Counted from the first letter of the stretch, positions 41,780 through 53,197 are shown. The stretch is DNA of 64,000 bases from an uncultured delta proteobacterium (GCA_963828255.1 CAWHDZ010000018.1:72638-136637), one strand, 5' to 3'. Notes: generated from the sequence alone by a model not told the origin. Made by a program: numbers and translations.

Positions 41780-44033
41780 ATGCGATTCGCGCTCCGATTC
41801 GTCATCCCCCTGCTCGTCCTCCTCGCGGTCGTCGCGCTGGGGGCATCGGCGTTCATGAGCGCGCAGGCGCATCGCTGGGCGGAGCGGGATCTCACCATGC
41901 GGGCCCAGGTCATCCTGGCCGGCGCAAGGGAAGGACTGACCGATCGCCTTGGCCGCAACGAACGCTCCCGGGCAGTGGCTCTCCTCGAGGAACTCGTGCG
42001 CGACGAGCGTCTCCTGGGAGCCGCGATCTGCGCCACCGGAGAGCACCCGACCAGGTCGACCACGGCCTTCCCGAAGGACTTGAAGTGCGACTCCGTGGTT
42101 CCGGGCAGCAGCACGTCCGGCAGCTCGGGTGTGTTCCGCCTGGTCGGCGGCACCGTTCACATGAGCGTGCTGCCCATCGTCGACGACGCCGGCGCGACCA
42201 TCGGCAGGCTGGCCCTGGTCCACGACATGAGTTACGTGGATCGACGCGCCTCGGAAACGCGGACGGCGACCTTCCTCGTGTTCGCGGTGGTCGGCCTCCT
42301 GGCCGCTGGCGCGACGATTCTCGCCTCTCGGTTTTCCTGGGTATCCTGGAGCAACGAACTCCGCCGGCACCTGGCCGCCCCGTTTCGGTCGGGCCAGGGC
42401 CCCTCCTCCGCGCCACAGCGAGCCTTCCTTCCCGTCCTCTCCGACGTCCGGGAACTGGTGCAACGATTGACGTCGGAGGAGTCAAGCGCTGCCGGCGGAC
42501 GGTGGACCCCCGAGCGGCTTCGCGGGGTTCTTCGCTCCCGCCTCCACGGTGAGGGCGTCGTGGTCGTGGCGAACCGAGAACCCTACATTCACGAGCGGAT
42601 GCCGGACCGGTCGGTCCGCGTGGTCTACCCCGCCAGCGGCCTCGTCACGGCGATGGAACCGGTCATGCGGGCGTGCTCGGGCACTTGGATCGCCCACGGC
42701 AGTGGCTCGGCCGACCACGACACCGTGGATGCCCACGACCGCGTCCGTGTTCCTCCCGGGGACGAGGCCTACAACCTGCGCCGACTGTGGCTCACCGAGG
42801 CCGAGGAGCGAGGCTACTACTACGGCTTCGCGAACGAGGGACTCTGGCCCCTCTGCCACATCGCGCACGCGCGCCCGGAGTTCCGCTCCGAGGACTTCGA
42901 GCAGTACCAGCGCGTCAATCTCCGGTTCGCCAGGGCCGTGGTCGAGGAGGCGACGGTCCCGGACCCGATCGTCCTCGTGCAGGACTACCACTTCGCCCTG
43001 CTCCCCAGGATGCTCCGGGAGTTGCTCCCCCGGGCGACGATCATCACGTTCTGGCACATTCCGTGGCCGAACGCGGAGCGGTACGGCATCTGCCCCTGGG
43101 CGCGCGAGCTCATGGAGGGACTTGCTCGGGTCGAGCATCCTCGGCTTCCACACCCAGGCCCACTGCAACAACTTCATGGAAAGCGCGGACCGTTACCTCG
43201 AGGCTCGCATCGATCGGGAAAGCCAGGCAGTGGTAATGGGCGGCCGGGAGACACTCGTTCGCCCCTACCCGATCTCCATCGAGTGGCCGAATCACTGGGC
43301 CGCCGGGGCTCCCTCCGTCGGCGAGTGCCGGCGAAAGGTCCGCGAGGATCTCGGCTTGCCCCCAGACTGCCTGCTCGGTGTCGGTGTCGATCGTCTCGAC
43401 TACACGAAAGGCATCCTGGAACGCTTCCTGGCAGTGGAGCGGCTGCTCGAGCGATTCCCCCAGTATCGGGGACGATTCTTCTTCCTCCAGGCCGCCGCGC
43501 CCAGCCGTACCGTGATCGAGACCTACCGCAGGCTCGGCGAGGACGTGGACCTCCTGGCGACGCGGATCAACGAGCGGTTCGGATTCGGGGGGCCGGGGCC
43601 GATCGTCCTGCACCACCAGCACACGGAGCCCGGGGCGATCATGGAAGCGTACCGTGCCGCAGACCTCTGCTACGTCTCCAGTCTCCACGACGGCATGAAC
43701 CTCGTCGCGAAGGAATTCGTGAGCGCCAGAGACGACCTCCGCGGCGTGCTCGTCCTGAGTCGATTCACCGGCGCTGGACGGGAACTGACCGAGGCGCTCG
43801 TGGTGAATCCCTATGACCTGAACGAGGCATCGAACGCGATGGCGGCGGCCTTGAGCATGCCGGGGGACGAGCAGGAGCACCGGATGCGCGCCCTCCGCAG
43901 CATGGTTTCGGAGTTCAACGTTTACAGATGGGCGGGGCGAATGCTGCTCGACGCAACCCGGGTTCGAGAGCATGACCGCCTGTCGCTACGCCTGGCGGAC
44001 GCTCGCCGTGCCGGGAGCGCGACCCTTCCGTGA
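41780..44033 (+). pseudogene. otsA: Trehalose-6-phosphate synthase with an N-terminal membrane domain; one frameshift near 43115
   Basis: VVANREP, SGLVTA, LWPLCH, QDYH and FWHIPWP in one frame; GFHT, GVDRLDYTKGI and DGMNLVAKE in another. Confidence 0.88.
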
Positions 44034-44800
44034 CCGACCTGCTGGGCGCCCCGGGGCTGGCCGAGCTGCGCGAGGTCGCCGGCTCCCACGCTCTGCTGGC
44101 ATTCGACTTCGATGGAACGCTCGCCCCCATCGTACGGAACTCCGAAGATGCGGCGATGAGACCCCGGACGAGGAAGCTCCTCGCCCAGATTTCCCTCCGC
44201 TTTCCCTGCGCCATCATCTCGGGTCGTCGGCTATCCGACCTCCGTGCACGGGTCGACGGGATTCCGATCCGCTGGTTCATAGGCAACCACGGAGCCGAGG
44301 GGGTAGTCCCCTTCCCAGGGGCGGGGAACCTCCGGCGAACCGTGATCGGCTGGCGCGACTCGCTCCAGGCGGAGGTCGGCCGTTGGGGGGGTGCCCAGAT
44401 AGAGGACAAGGGCTTCTCCCTGTCGGTCGACTACCGGAACGCGGCCAGCCGCAAGGAAGCGCGGCGAGCCATCCTCCGCTGCGCCCGGAGCCTGCCTGGG
44501 GTCCGGATCGTCCGTGGCAAGTGCGTTGTGAACCTCGTGCTGGAATCCGCCCCGAACAAGGGGACTGCGCTCGCACACCTCGTCGGCCTGCTGGACCCCG
44601 AGCGCGTCCTCTTTGCCGGAGACGACGATACCGACGAGGATGCGTTCGAGATGGACCTGGGCGTTCCCTCGACGACGATCCGGGTGGGCGGAGCCGGTCC
44701 CAGTCGTGCGAGATTCCGTCTCGAAGGGCAGGATGCGATCGACCGGCTTCTCCAGATCTTGCTGGACTCGAAGACAGGCGTCACGGAGGAAGAGGAATGA
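44030..44800 (+). CDS. otsB: Trehalose-6-phosphate phosphatase
   Basis: DFDGTLAPI, ISGR, GNHGAE, NKG and GDDDTDED. Confidence 0.92.
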   Translation: MTDLLGAPGLAELREVAGSHALLAFDFDGTLAPIVRNSEDAAMRPRTRKLLAQISLRFPCAIISGRRLSDLRARVDGIPIRWFIGNHGAEGVVPFPGAGNLRRTVIGWRDSLQAEVGRWGGAQIEDKGFSLSVDYRNAASRKEARRAILRCARSLPGVRIVRGKCVVNLVLESAPNKGTALAHLVGLLDPERVLFAGDDDTDEDAFEMDLGVPSTTIRVGGAGPSRARFRLEGQDAIDRLLQILLDSKTGVTEEEE

Positions 44801-45252
44801 GGCGGATGGATACGGCACCCGACGTCCTGGACGTCATGCAGGTTCTCTGGGCATTGGCCCACGCGCTCGAGGCCCGATCCAAGCGGATGCACCGCGACCT
44901 TGGAATCACGGGGCCCCAGAGACTCCTCCTCCGCGTCGTTGGCCAGTCGCCCGGGTGCGGGCCGGGAGAGGCGGCTCGCAGGTTGAGCCTCAACCCCGGG
45001 ACGGTGAGCAGGCTCGCCGCCGGCCTGGAGCGGCGAAAGCTGGTTCGACGGGAACTGGACCAGGTGGACAGGCGCAAGCAGCGACTGGTGCTGACCGCTC
45101 GCGGCAGGCTGCTCAACGGGCACCATCGCGGGACCGTCGAAGGAGCCGTTCGGGAGGCTCTCGCCGGGGCGACACCGAGCGAGGTCCCGCTGGCCCGGAA
45201 GTTCATCCGCCGGCTCACGGCGTCACTGACCGTCCCGGGCGCTGAACGGTAG
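44797..45252 (+). CDS. MarR family transcriptional regulator
   Basis: LGITGPQRLLL, GTVSRL..LE, DRR...LTARG. Confidence 0.88.
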   Translation: MRRMDTAPDVLDVMQVLWALAHALEARSKRMHRDLGITGPQRLLLRVVGQSPGCGPGEAARRLSLNPGTVSRLAAGLERRKLVRRELDQVDRRKQRLVLTARGRLLNGHHRGTVEGAVREALAGATPSEVPLARKFIRRLTASLTVPGAER

Positions 45253-45339
45253 CGCTTTCGCGTGCTCCTTGCGCGACGAGATGCCTCGGCCCAGGCTTCA
45301 TTTATTGCATCTGCAACTAAAAAGCTCCGCTCCACGATC

Positions 45340-45989
45340 TGCTGCTCCTTCCAGGGAGATGCCGTTGTGCGAAGCAGCCCGGTTTCGGCAAGGTCTGCTT
45401 CTAAGGCGAGTGCCGGGAGTGCGGCCTGGACAAGGACTGCAAGACCGGGTTCTGGTGCAGGGGCTTCCAGTGCGTGCCGCGCCCGGAGTGCGAGGTCCCC
45501 TTCGATTGCGGGAAGGGCAGGACCTGCGAGCTCGGGAAGTGCGTGGCAACTGCCCCGGCGCCACAATGCGGTCCTGGGTCCGGTGATCGCGTGTGCGATC
45601 CAGGCCAGGTTTGCGACGCGGGCACATGTCGGGTCGCGCCGCCTCCGCCGGACCCCTGCCGCGATCTCGGCAGCGTCTTCTTCTCCCCTGGTTCGACGTC
45701 ACTCACGGAGAAGTCGCGCGCTACGCTGGCCGAGGACGCGTCCTGTTTGGCGTCTGGGCCAAAGCGAGCGGTCATCGAAGGCAACTCCGACGACGGGAAG
45801 ACCCCTGAGGAGGGCGTGAATCTGGGCCTCCGAAGGGCAGCGGCAGTGAAGAAGTACCTCCTCAGCCTGGGCGTTCACCGTGCGCTCCTCTCCACCATCA
45901 GCTACGGCGACACGCGCCGCGTCTGCACGGAACCCACCGAGGACTGCCGGCAAGAGAATCGCAGGGTCGACCTGAACATCCACAAGTGA
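45340..45989 (+). pseudogene. Cys-rich OmpA/Pal-domain protein, 5'-truncated with a premature stop
   Basis: KQPGFGKVCF*GECREC..., then IEGNSD, LGLRRA..V..YL, ISYG and ENRRV. Confidence 0.7.
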
Positions 45990-46465
45990 CGGCCACGGCG
46001 CGGGCGGCGCGCCGCTTGGCCCTTCCAGGAGGTCCGCCAGATGAAGAGCCCGACGATACCTCGACGCAGGGGGAAGTGAGGCCGATAGGCACACGCCACT
46101 GCTCTCCTTCATCGCCCTCGGCCTGCTCGACATTGCGGCACTGGTCGCCTTCCTGGCAAAGCTTGCCTGGCAGACAACCTGCGCGCTGTAGAGTTCGCGC
46201 AGACCCGCCTTCCCTGGAGTGGGGTCGGGCAGCCCCGGGCAGGATGACCCCTACGATGACTGAACGGCACGCTCCAGTGCGTACAGGGTCTGAAGTACAT
46301 CCGTGAGCCCGAGAAAGTAGGTCATCGTTCCCGCAATCTCCGAGCGGGATTCCTGGACTTGGGCGCTGACAGCCAACGCCCGCTGGAGGCGCAATCATGG
46401 CCGAAGGCCGACTGGGTAGGAGATACCCACGGGAAGCCAAATGGATCTGCAGGCAAGCAATTGCG

Positions 46466-47104
46466 TCAGGGTTCCCATCGCACGGAGTCACCCACCGCGA
46501 TCTCGCCGCCCTCGATCACGAAGCAGTCGAGCGCGAGGGTGCCTCCGAAGCGGCGGAAGATGCTGCGGGTGACACCCTTGTCCTGGACCTGCGTGTCTGG
46601 ATCGAACGAGGTCATGATGCAGCGCTGGCGCAGGTCCTGGACGCCGATGAGCACCTTGCCGATGCGAAGGGTTCCGCCTGGCCATTCGCGTTCGGCCAGG
46701 CCATCGACGCCCCCGATCACGATGTTGGGGCGCAGGCGGCGGTGGTCGTAGCCAAATGCGGCGATGGCGCCATCCGTCGCCACGAGTAGCGGCAGCACAT
46801 CGAAACGCTCGGCTCCGTCGAAGCGAACCAGGCGTGACCCATCCCCGGCGATGTCGACGACGTCCGCCGCAACCTCCAGGCCTCGCCACGGCCGGCCGTC
46901 CACCAGGGGCTCCCCGTCGAGGCCCAGGGTGCCCTTGTGGGCCAGGAAGCGCGGGTGACTACGGGACGTGATCACCCTCCCGTGGGCGTCTTCCACGTGA
47001 ACGACACGGTCCCCTCCGACGCCAAGCGAGCCGATGTCGACACGCTGCAGCATCTCGCCCGCCATGGTCTTGACCGGATATCTCCAGATCTCCGCGACCG
47101 TCAT
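46466..47104 (-). CDS. MOSC domain protein
   Basis: IWRYPVKTMAGE, GDR, RRLRPNIVI, RC and IAVGD. Confidence 0.85.
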   Translation of the reverse strand: MTVAEIWRYPVKTMAGEMLQRVDIGSLGVGGDRVVHVEDAHGRVITSRSHPRFLAHKGTLGLDGEPLVDGRPWRGLEVAADVVDIAGDGSRLVRFDGAERFDVLPLLVATDGAIAAFGYDHRRLRPNIVIGGVDGLAEREWPGGTLRIGKVLIGVQDLRQRCIMTSFDPDTQVQDKGVTRSIFRRFGGTLALDCFVIEGGEIAVGDSVRWEP

Positions 47105-47241
47105 ACCGCGAAGGAGGCGATCGCCGTTCCGTTTCTGTCTGCTGGCAGCGGTGTCGGTCATTGTGGTTCGACATCCAATGCCGCGGATGCGGAAACATTT
47201 CCATGTCAAATCGACCCGTTGACCGGCCCCTCCTGATGCAC

Positions 47242-47772
47242 CTACCCCGCGCTTCCCGAGCCGTCTGGCGGGCCGCGCCCGATGGCGGCCGCCCCTGCGA
47301 ACCGAGAAATGACGAGCATCAGGTGCAGTTGCCCAGTCAGCGCCTCCACCACGGCGAGACTGCGCACGAGGGGGTTCACTGGCAGGACATCACCGTAGCC
47401 TACCGAGGTGAGCGTCGCGAAGCTGAAGTAGATGTATTCCGAGATCGGATGAAGCGCTCCCGGTAGCTCGAGAGCGCCGGGCCGGATGAGGTCGATGGCC
47501 TGGTAGGTATGCGCCCAGGCACCGCCGATCAGGATGTACGCGAGAAGGACGGCGAAGAGCCTGTCAGGCAACTACCGTGTTCCCCCAAGGGCTACGGCGG
47601 CCACGAGCAGCGTGACGGTGCCCCCGAGGGCGCCGAGCCACGGGGGAAGCACCCCCATCGTCGTGAGCGGTGGAACGACGAATATGTCCAGGGCCAGAGC
47701 CGCGAGCAGGATGTGGCTCGCCCGTCTCGTCCGGAGCATCGAAGGCTCGAACCATCCCATGCCGTTGATCAT
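47242..47772 (-). pseudogene. Two-TM potassium-channel family protein remnant
   Basis: YFSFATLTSVGYGDV.P...RSLAVVEALTGQ; N-terminal part in another frame, middle missing. Confidence 0.7.
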
Positions 47773-47984
47773 GGCCGTGCATCCCCTTCCGCGCGCCGGC
47801 GCCGTCCACCAGGGTCTGCCCAGAAACCTGGCGGATGGCCTCCCGCATCGTCACGCTTCCGTCTCGGGAATACGACCCATGGATGGAGGTCTGCGATCAG
47901 GCCCTCCCCGGGCGAAATGGCTTCCCGTCGGGCGGCTCGCACCCGATGCAGCGACCCCGCGAGTTCGTGGGGGGATCGTCAACG

Positions 47985-48705
47985 GGTCACCATTCTCGAG
48001 ACGTCTGATCTCCTGTCCCACGTCGGCGACGAAGCCCTCCGGGCCGAGCCAGGAACGGGCGGGGGTCACGAACCCGACAATGACTCCCGCGATGGTCGGA
48101 TGAACTCCCGCTGCGTAAATCCCGCCCCAGACCACGGCGGCAGGGACGGCGTAGACGAACCTGGAGCGGACGCCGAGCCACTGGAGCGCAAAGATGCAGG
48201 CCAGGCCTGCGACCGCGACGAGCAGCGCGGCAGGAACGACCCCCGCCGAGTAGAAGACGGCGAGCGCGAGCAGGAGGTAGGTTCAGGCGGGAACGACCAT
48301 CCCGGCGAGGGCCGCGAGGATGGGGAGGGCCGCCCGCCTGGCATCGGAGAGTTCTCCGTGGTGAATCTCCCGCCGGATCTCCAGACCGACGACGAAGAAG
48401 AACACCACCATCAGGACGTCGTTGACGAACCACTCCACGGGCCGCTCGAAGGCGAATGAGCCGATGCGGAGTCCGACAGGGGTATGCCAGAAGGAGGCGT
48501 ATGCGCCGGCCCAGGGCGAGTTCGCCCACCCGAGCGCCACGGCAGCGGCGGCAAGCAAGACGATTCCGCTCGCCGCCTCGATCCGCAGGAACTGCTCGAG
48601 CGGACGCCCAGCGAATCGCGCCATCCGCACGAGCGGGCCCCAGGCCCCGGGGGGATCGCTGGGCGCGCATTCGGACGCTCTTGCTCCGTGGAGTGCAAAG
48701 TCCAT
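47985..48705 (-). pseudogene. nhaA: Na+/H+ antiporter NhaA remnant
   Basis: EAASGIVLL, VNDVLMVVFFFVVGLEIRRE, ALP..AALAGMVVPA, then GVHPTIAGV in another frame; large parts missing. Confidence 0.8.
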
Positions 48706-48875
48706 CCCCGCCGGCGTCATCGCCGACCGGGATGGCGGCCCGCCCATCCAAGTTCCTGCAGCGGAGGTCCCGCCGCACCCTTTGAATCTGTGAGGAAGCA
48801 CGATGCCACGGCGCCATGGCCCCGTCGAGCGGCCGGTGTCAGGGGCTTCCACGTCCACGCCCGCCGTCCTGCTTC

Positions 48876-48980
48876 GAGGTTCGAAGGGTCTACCTCGCGA
48901 TCCGGGATCAGTCGGAGGGACTGGCAGTCGGGTTTGCCCTGGGAGCGTTTGGCGGCTTGCGCCCCGGTGAGGCATTCGGT
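48876..48980 (+). pseudogene. Tyrosine integrase box I fragment
   Basis: EVRRVYLAIRDQSEGLAVGFALGAFGGLRPGEAFG matches the G(L/M)R.GE catalytic-Arg motif. Confidence 0.65.
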
Positions 48981-49929
48981 CCTCGAGCAGGGCGTTGGGG
49001 TAGTTCTGCGGGAGCGTGGTCGGGTCGCCAGGCCGGGCGCGGAAGTGCTCGAACTCGCCGGTGTCGGGATGGTAGCGCTCCAGCCCCTCGCCCGAGGTCC
49101 CCATCCAGACGTTGCCCCTTCGATCCTCCAGCACCTGCACCACACCGTCGCGGATGACGCTCTTCGGGTCGAGCGGGTTGTGCCGGAACACCTCGAAGCG
49201 GTGGCCCTCGGGGTCGTGCTTGTCGACGCGGCCGCTCGTGTACCAGACCCACAGCCGGCCGTCCCGGAGCCGGACCATCTGGCGGATGTCGAACCTCGGC
49301 AGGCCGTGCTGCATGGTTCCCACCCAGATGCTGCCCCGGCGATAGGCGAGGACCGCCCGGATGTCGTTGCTGGGCAGGCTCCCGGCGTCGTCCGGCCGGT
49401 GGAAGTGGCTGGCAAACCGTCCGGTCTTCCGGTCGTAGCTGGAGAGCCCCTCCGAGGTGCCAAACCAGAACAGGCCGTCCTCGTCCTCGGCGATGGTGGT
49501 GGAGTAGTGGCTGAATCCGTTCCCGGCCAGGCTCGTGGCCGGTTCCGCTGGATTCTTGAAGAAGGACACGAAGCTGTCGTCACGCTTGTCGTAGCGGGTG
49601 AGGCCACGGTTCGTGCCCACCCAGATCATGCCCTGGCTGTCCTCGAAGACCTGGGTGACGTTGTCGGTGGCCAGCGCTCGAGGTCCGGCCCGGAAGTACT
49701 TCACGCCGCTGCCGTCGAAGCGCGCCAGGCCGTTGAACGCGGTCGTGAACCACAGGAACCCCTGCCGGTCCTGGATGGCGTTGTGCCAGGGCGTTCCGCC
49801 GACGTTGAACGCGAGCTCGAACTTGAGATCTCCGGGGCCGCCGGCGAAGGCGTCGCACGGCATCCAGAGCAGCAAGGCCAGCCAGCACACCAGCGGCCGC
49901 ATCCGGAACCCTGGCAGGCCGGGGCTCAT
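48981..49929 (-). pseudogene. Beta-propeller ligand-binding sensor domain, truncated
   Basis: Repeated QD..G.(L/I)W.GT..GL..YD units; ends abruptly at the integrase fragment. Confidence 0.75.
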
Positions 49930-50411
49930 GAGGAAAGGCGCCCCCCGGACGGCGGATCGGGACGCGGAAGGCCCGCGCGGACGCCGTCACACGCCTCGCG
50001 TGTCATTTCATCCCTCCCCGCCGCGGCATTGCCCACATCGGCCATCCGAGTCACGGCCGGTGGGGCGCCCCAAAGGGGTTCGTCCCCGGGTGCGGAGGGA
50101 CGAGGGGCCGGCAGGCCACGCGTGATGCACCGCGAAAGCGCGGGGCCGCCACGAACATGCCACCGATCGCCAACCGGAGAAGCAACCTCGACTCGATGGT
50201 TCCCGACATGACGGCGTCGAGTTCTTCGGGGTTTGGGCCATGACCTCGCGCCGACCGAAGGCGGCGCCGCGAGCAGGCGAAACGTGGCGCTTGCCGGACC
50301 CACGGCTTGCCACGCCGCCGATGGAAAAGGGTTCGGCAAACGATTCGGTGGCCGGAAACCGTCTAGTCTCGGTGGAGAACGTCCACTGCCAGCTGGAACG
50401 GGGTGCAACCC

Positions 50412-51752
50412 ATGAATAGGTTCAGGCGGTTCTGGGACTATCTGAGGTCGAGCTTCTGGTTCGTTCCCTCGCTGATGGTCGGCGGCAGCATCGTCCTCGC
50501 GGCCGGGTTGATCGAGCTGGACACGGCCCGGAGCCACGAGTGGTTCGCCCAGTGGCCGCGCCTCTTCGGGGCTGGGGCGGAAGGCGCACGCGGGATGATG
50601 TCGACGATCGCCACCTCGATGATGACCGTGGTGGGCGTCACGTTCTCCATGATCCTGGTGGTGCTGGCGCTGGCGTCGAGCCAATACACGTCGCGGGTCC
50701 TGAGAAACTTCATTCGCAGCCGCGTCACGCAGTTCGTACTCGGGACCTTCGCCGGCATCTTCACGTATTGTCTGATCGTGCTGCGAAGCATTCGCGGGAA
50801 CGAAGCGGGTGCCTTCGTTCCCGCCCTGGCGGTGTTCTTCGGCTTCGTGCTGGCGCTGGCCGGCGTGAGCGCGCTCATCTTCTTCATTCACCACGTCGCG
50901 ACCTCGATCCAGGCCTCGAGCATCATCGCCACTGTTGCCGACGAGACCATGTTGGCCATTGACCGACTCCTTCCAGGAGGACATGGGCAAGGGCCGACCG
51001 ACGACGATGAGCAATCCGCGACCCTTGCTCGGCCGGGGCGGAACTGGCAGTCGGTCCCCGCCAGGGAGAGTGGCTACATCCAGAACGTGGATGGCGAGGC
51101 GCTTCTACGTCTTGCGAGGAAGCACAGGACCACCGTGCGCATGGAACGGGGCATCGGTGAATTCGTGGTCGACCAAACCCCCCTCGTCTCGCTCGATCGG
51201 GAAGGTCCGCCGGACGGTGAGATCATCGGCGCACTGCAATCGGCCTACAGCATCGACCGCCGTCGCACGCTGGAACAGGATGTTGCATTCGGGATCAGGC
51301 AAATCGTGGACATCGCGTTGCGCGCGCTGTCTCCGAGCACCAACGACACCACGACCGCCGTGATGTGCTTGGACCATCTGACGGCCATCCTGTCCCGCGT
51401 GGCGTCCCGACGAATACCTCCGTCGCATCGCTACGAGGACGGCGACCTGCGGGTGATCACCATCGGGCCGACCTTCGCCACGTTGCTGGAGGAATCGTTC
51501 GATCAAATTCGAGGCAGCGCCGTCGGAAACGTCGGCGTCCTGCTACGGATGCTCGTCGCGCTTCAAACCATCGCCAGTCTCACGGCTAGCCCGAGTCGGC
51601 GGCGGTCGCTTCGTGAACAGGTGGAATGGATCGCCGAGTCGGCCGAGCGCACCGTCGAGTCCTTGCACGATCGTTCGAGGATCGACGTGCGGCTGAAGAG
51701 CGTGCGTGAAGCGCTCGAAGGGGAGCCGGCGTCTCATGAAATCGGCCCATGA
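50412..51752 (+). CDS. DUF2254 family membrane protein
   Basis: SSFWFVP, ASSQYTSR, SGYIQ, RTLEQD..FG.RQ..DIALRALSPSTNDTTTA. Confidence 0.88.
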   Translation: MNRFRRFWDYLRSSFWFVPSLMVGGSIVLAAGLIELDTARSHEWFAQWPRLFGAGAEGARGMMSTIATSMMTVVGVTFSMILVVLALASSQYTSRVLRNFIRSRVTQFVLGTFAGIFTYCLIVLRSIRGNEAGAFVPALAVFFGFVLALAGVSALIFFIHHVATSIQASSIIATVADETMLAIDRLLPGGHGQGPTDDDEQSATLARPGRNWQSVPARESGYIQNVDGEALLRLARKHRTTVRMERGIGEFVVDQTPLVSLDREGPPDGEIIGALQSAYSIDRRRTLEQDVAFGIRQIVDIALRALSPSTNDTTTAVMCLDHLTAILSRVASRRIPPSHRYEDGDLRVITIGPTFATLLEESFDQIRGSAVGNVGVLLRMLVALQTIASLTASPSRRRSLREQVEWIAESAERTVESLHDRSRIDVRLKSVREALEGEPASHEIGP

Positions 51753-51807
51753 TCCCGAGGGCGTACCGTTCCTCGAAAGGACGAGAAGCCGGAGAAGACG
51801 CCGAGCC

Positions 51808-51990
51808 TCACTTCGTGTGGTCGGCGTGGCACATGCGGCACTCCATGTGCCCCTGCTGGTGGTTCATGCCCTCCTTCGTCTGCCACATGTCGTCCGGCCC
51901 GTGGCATCGGACGCAGTGCTCGATCTCCGCCGAGGGCTTCCGGACCGGTGGCGACCACTTGCCGTCGAAGTACTCGTTCATCGCGAGCGT
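51808..51990 (-). pseudogene. C-terminal fragment of a multiheme cytochrome c
   Basis: CVRCH and CRMCH motifs; no N-terminal signal peptide. Confidence 0.55.
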
Positions 51991-52357
51991 CACCGTGTAG
52001 ACGACCTCGCCCGTCACCTTGGCGCACCGGCGGATCGACGGCTTGCTCGACGACGACGGCAACTTCACGCGGGAGTGCGACAACCTGCTTCAGGTCGCCT
52101 GGTTGGCCGCTACGTCGCTCGACCCGGCCGACCGGCTCGCGTCGGCCATCGACGTCGACACCTGGCTCGCCTTCAACATCTCCGAGGGGTGCCTGGCGCC
52201 CACCCGGCCAGTCGTGGCGGCTGGCGTGGGAGCATCGGGCTGAGGCCCCACTGTCGTTGAAGGGATTCCGATGCGAGCGGGATCGAAGCTGACGGCGGTG
52301 GACTTGTTCTGCGCTGACGCCGGCTTGGCCATGGTTCCCGGTCGATGAGCTTGCAAG

Positions 52358-52377
52358 ATATAATGATATAGTTATAT
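52358..52377. promoter_or_regulatory. AT-rich inverted repeat, candidate ArsR/SdpR operator overlapping a promoter
   Basis: ATATAA-N8-TTATAT, directly after a TTGCAA -35-like hexamer and about 10 bp before the ATG at 52387. Confidence 0.5.
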
Positions 52378-52386
52378 ACGCACGTC

Positions 52387-53193
52387 ATGGACGCCCCGGA
52401 CGCTGCCTCATCCCCTCTTGCCCCCCATCCCGCGGCCCCGCGCCCGGCGAGGATGTGGCTGGGCCTCATGCTTCTCGCCGTCGTCGGCGTGGTCGGCTCC
52501 TCGCCGTTCTTCGCGAAGGTCCTCCCCGGGATGATCGGTGCGCGCGCTGTCGCGATCCCCCTGACCCCGGTGCAGTTGGTTGCCGTTCAGGGCCTCCAAA
52601 GCCTGGTTCTCTCCGCGCTTGCCGCGGTCGCGGGTCTGTGGGCGAGCCGCTGGACGGGCCTCGACGCTCCGCTGGTGCGGGCGCGCCTCTCGGGTCGGCC
52701 GGTGGGCCGCCGCCTTCTCGGACTGATGCCGGTCGCGCTCGTCGCTGGCACGATCTCCTCCCTCGCGGTCGTCGGGCTCTCTCTGGCCGCGGGCTCCCGC
52801 ATCCCGGCGGGCGGGAAGCTCCCACCCATGAGCCCGTGGATCGCCGCGACCGGCGCATTCTACGGCGGCATCATCGAGGAGTTGCTCCTGCGATGGGGGC
52901 TGCTCGGGCTGCTGGCGATGCTCCTCGTCCGCGTCGGGCTGCGGAATGGCTTGGCCTTCTGGATCGCGAACATCGGCGCGGCCCTGATCTTCGGGGTCGG
53001 CCACCTGCCAGCCGCGAAGGCGCTTGGGATGACGCTCACCCCGTTCGTCATCTCCTACCTGCTCGTGGCGAATGGCCTCGTGGGTGTGGTCTGCGGGTGG
53101 CTATTCCGGAAGCGGGGCCTGGAGTCGGCGATGATGGCCCACGGCACCGCCGACATCTGGCTGCACGTGGCAGCGCCGTTCTTCGGGGCGTGA
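52387..53193 (+). CDS. CPBP/Abi (CAAX protease-like) intramembrane metalloprotease
   Basis: EELLLRWG, FGVGH and GLESAMMAH. Confidence 0.88.
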   Translation: MDAPDAASSPLAPHPAAPRPARMWLGLMLLAVVGVVGSSPFFAKVLPGMIGARAVAIPLTPVQLVAVQGLQSLVLSALAAVAGLWASRWTGLDAPLVRARLSGRPVGRRLLGLMPVALVAGTISSLAVVGLSLAAGSRIPAGGKLPPMSPWIAATGAFYGGIIEELLLRWGLLGLLAMLLVRVGLRNGLAFWIANIGAALIFGVGHLPAAKALGMTLTPFVISYLLVANGLVGVVCGWLFRKRGLESAMMAHGTADIWLHVAAPFFGA

Positions 53194-53197
53194 GCGG

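Noticed and set aside
43100..43130. Programmed frameshift in otsA
   Set aside because: No slippery heptamer; a single indel or sequencing error is simpler.
45990..46465. Lower-GC stretch considered as a transposase fragment or ncRNA
   Set aside because: No motif, terminal repeat or convincing structure seen.
52019..52243. 74-aa ORF with faint CotH-like wording (AIDVDTWL)
   Set aside because: Too short and weak to call.
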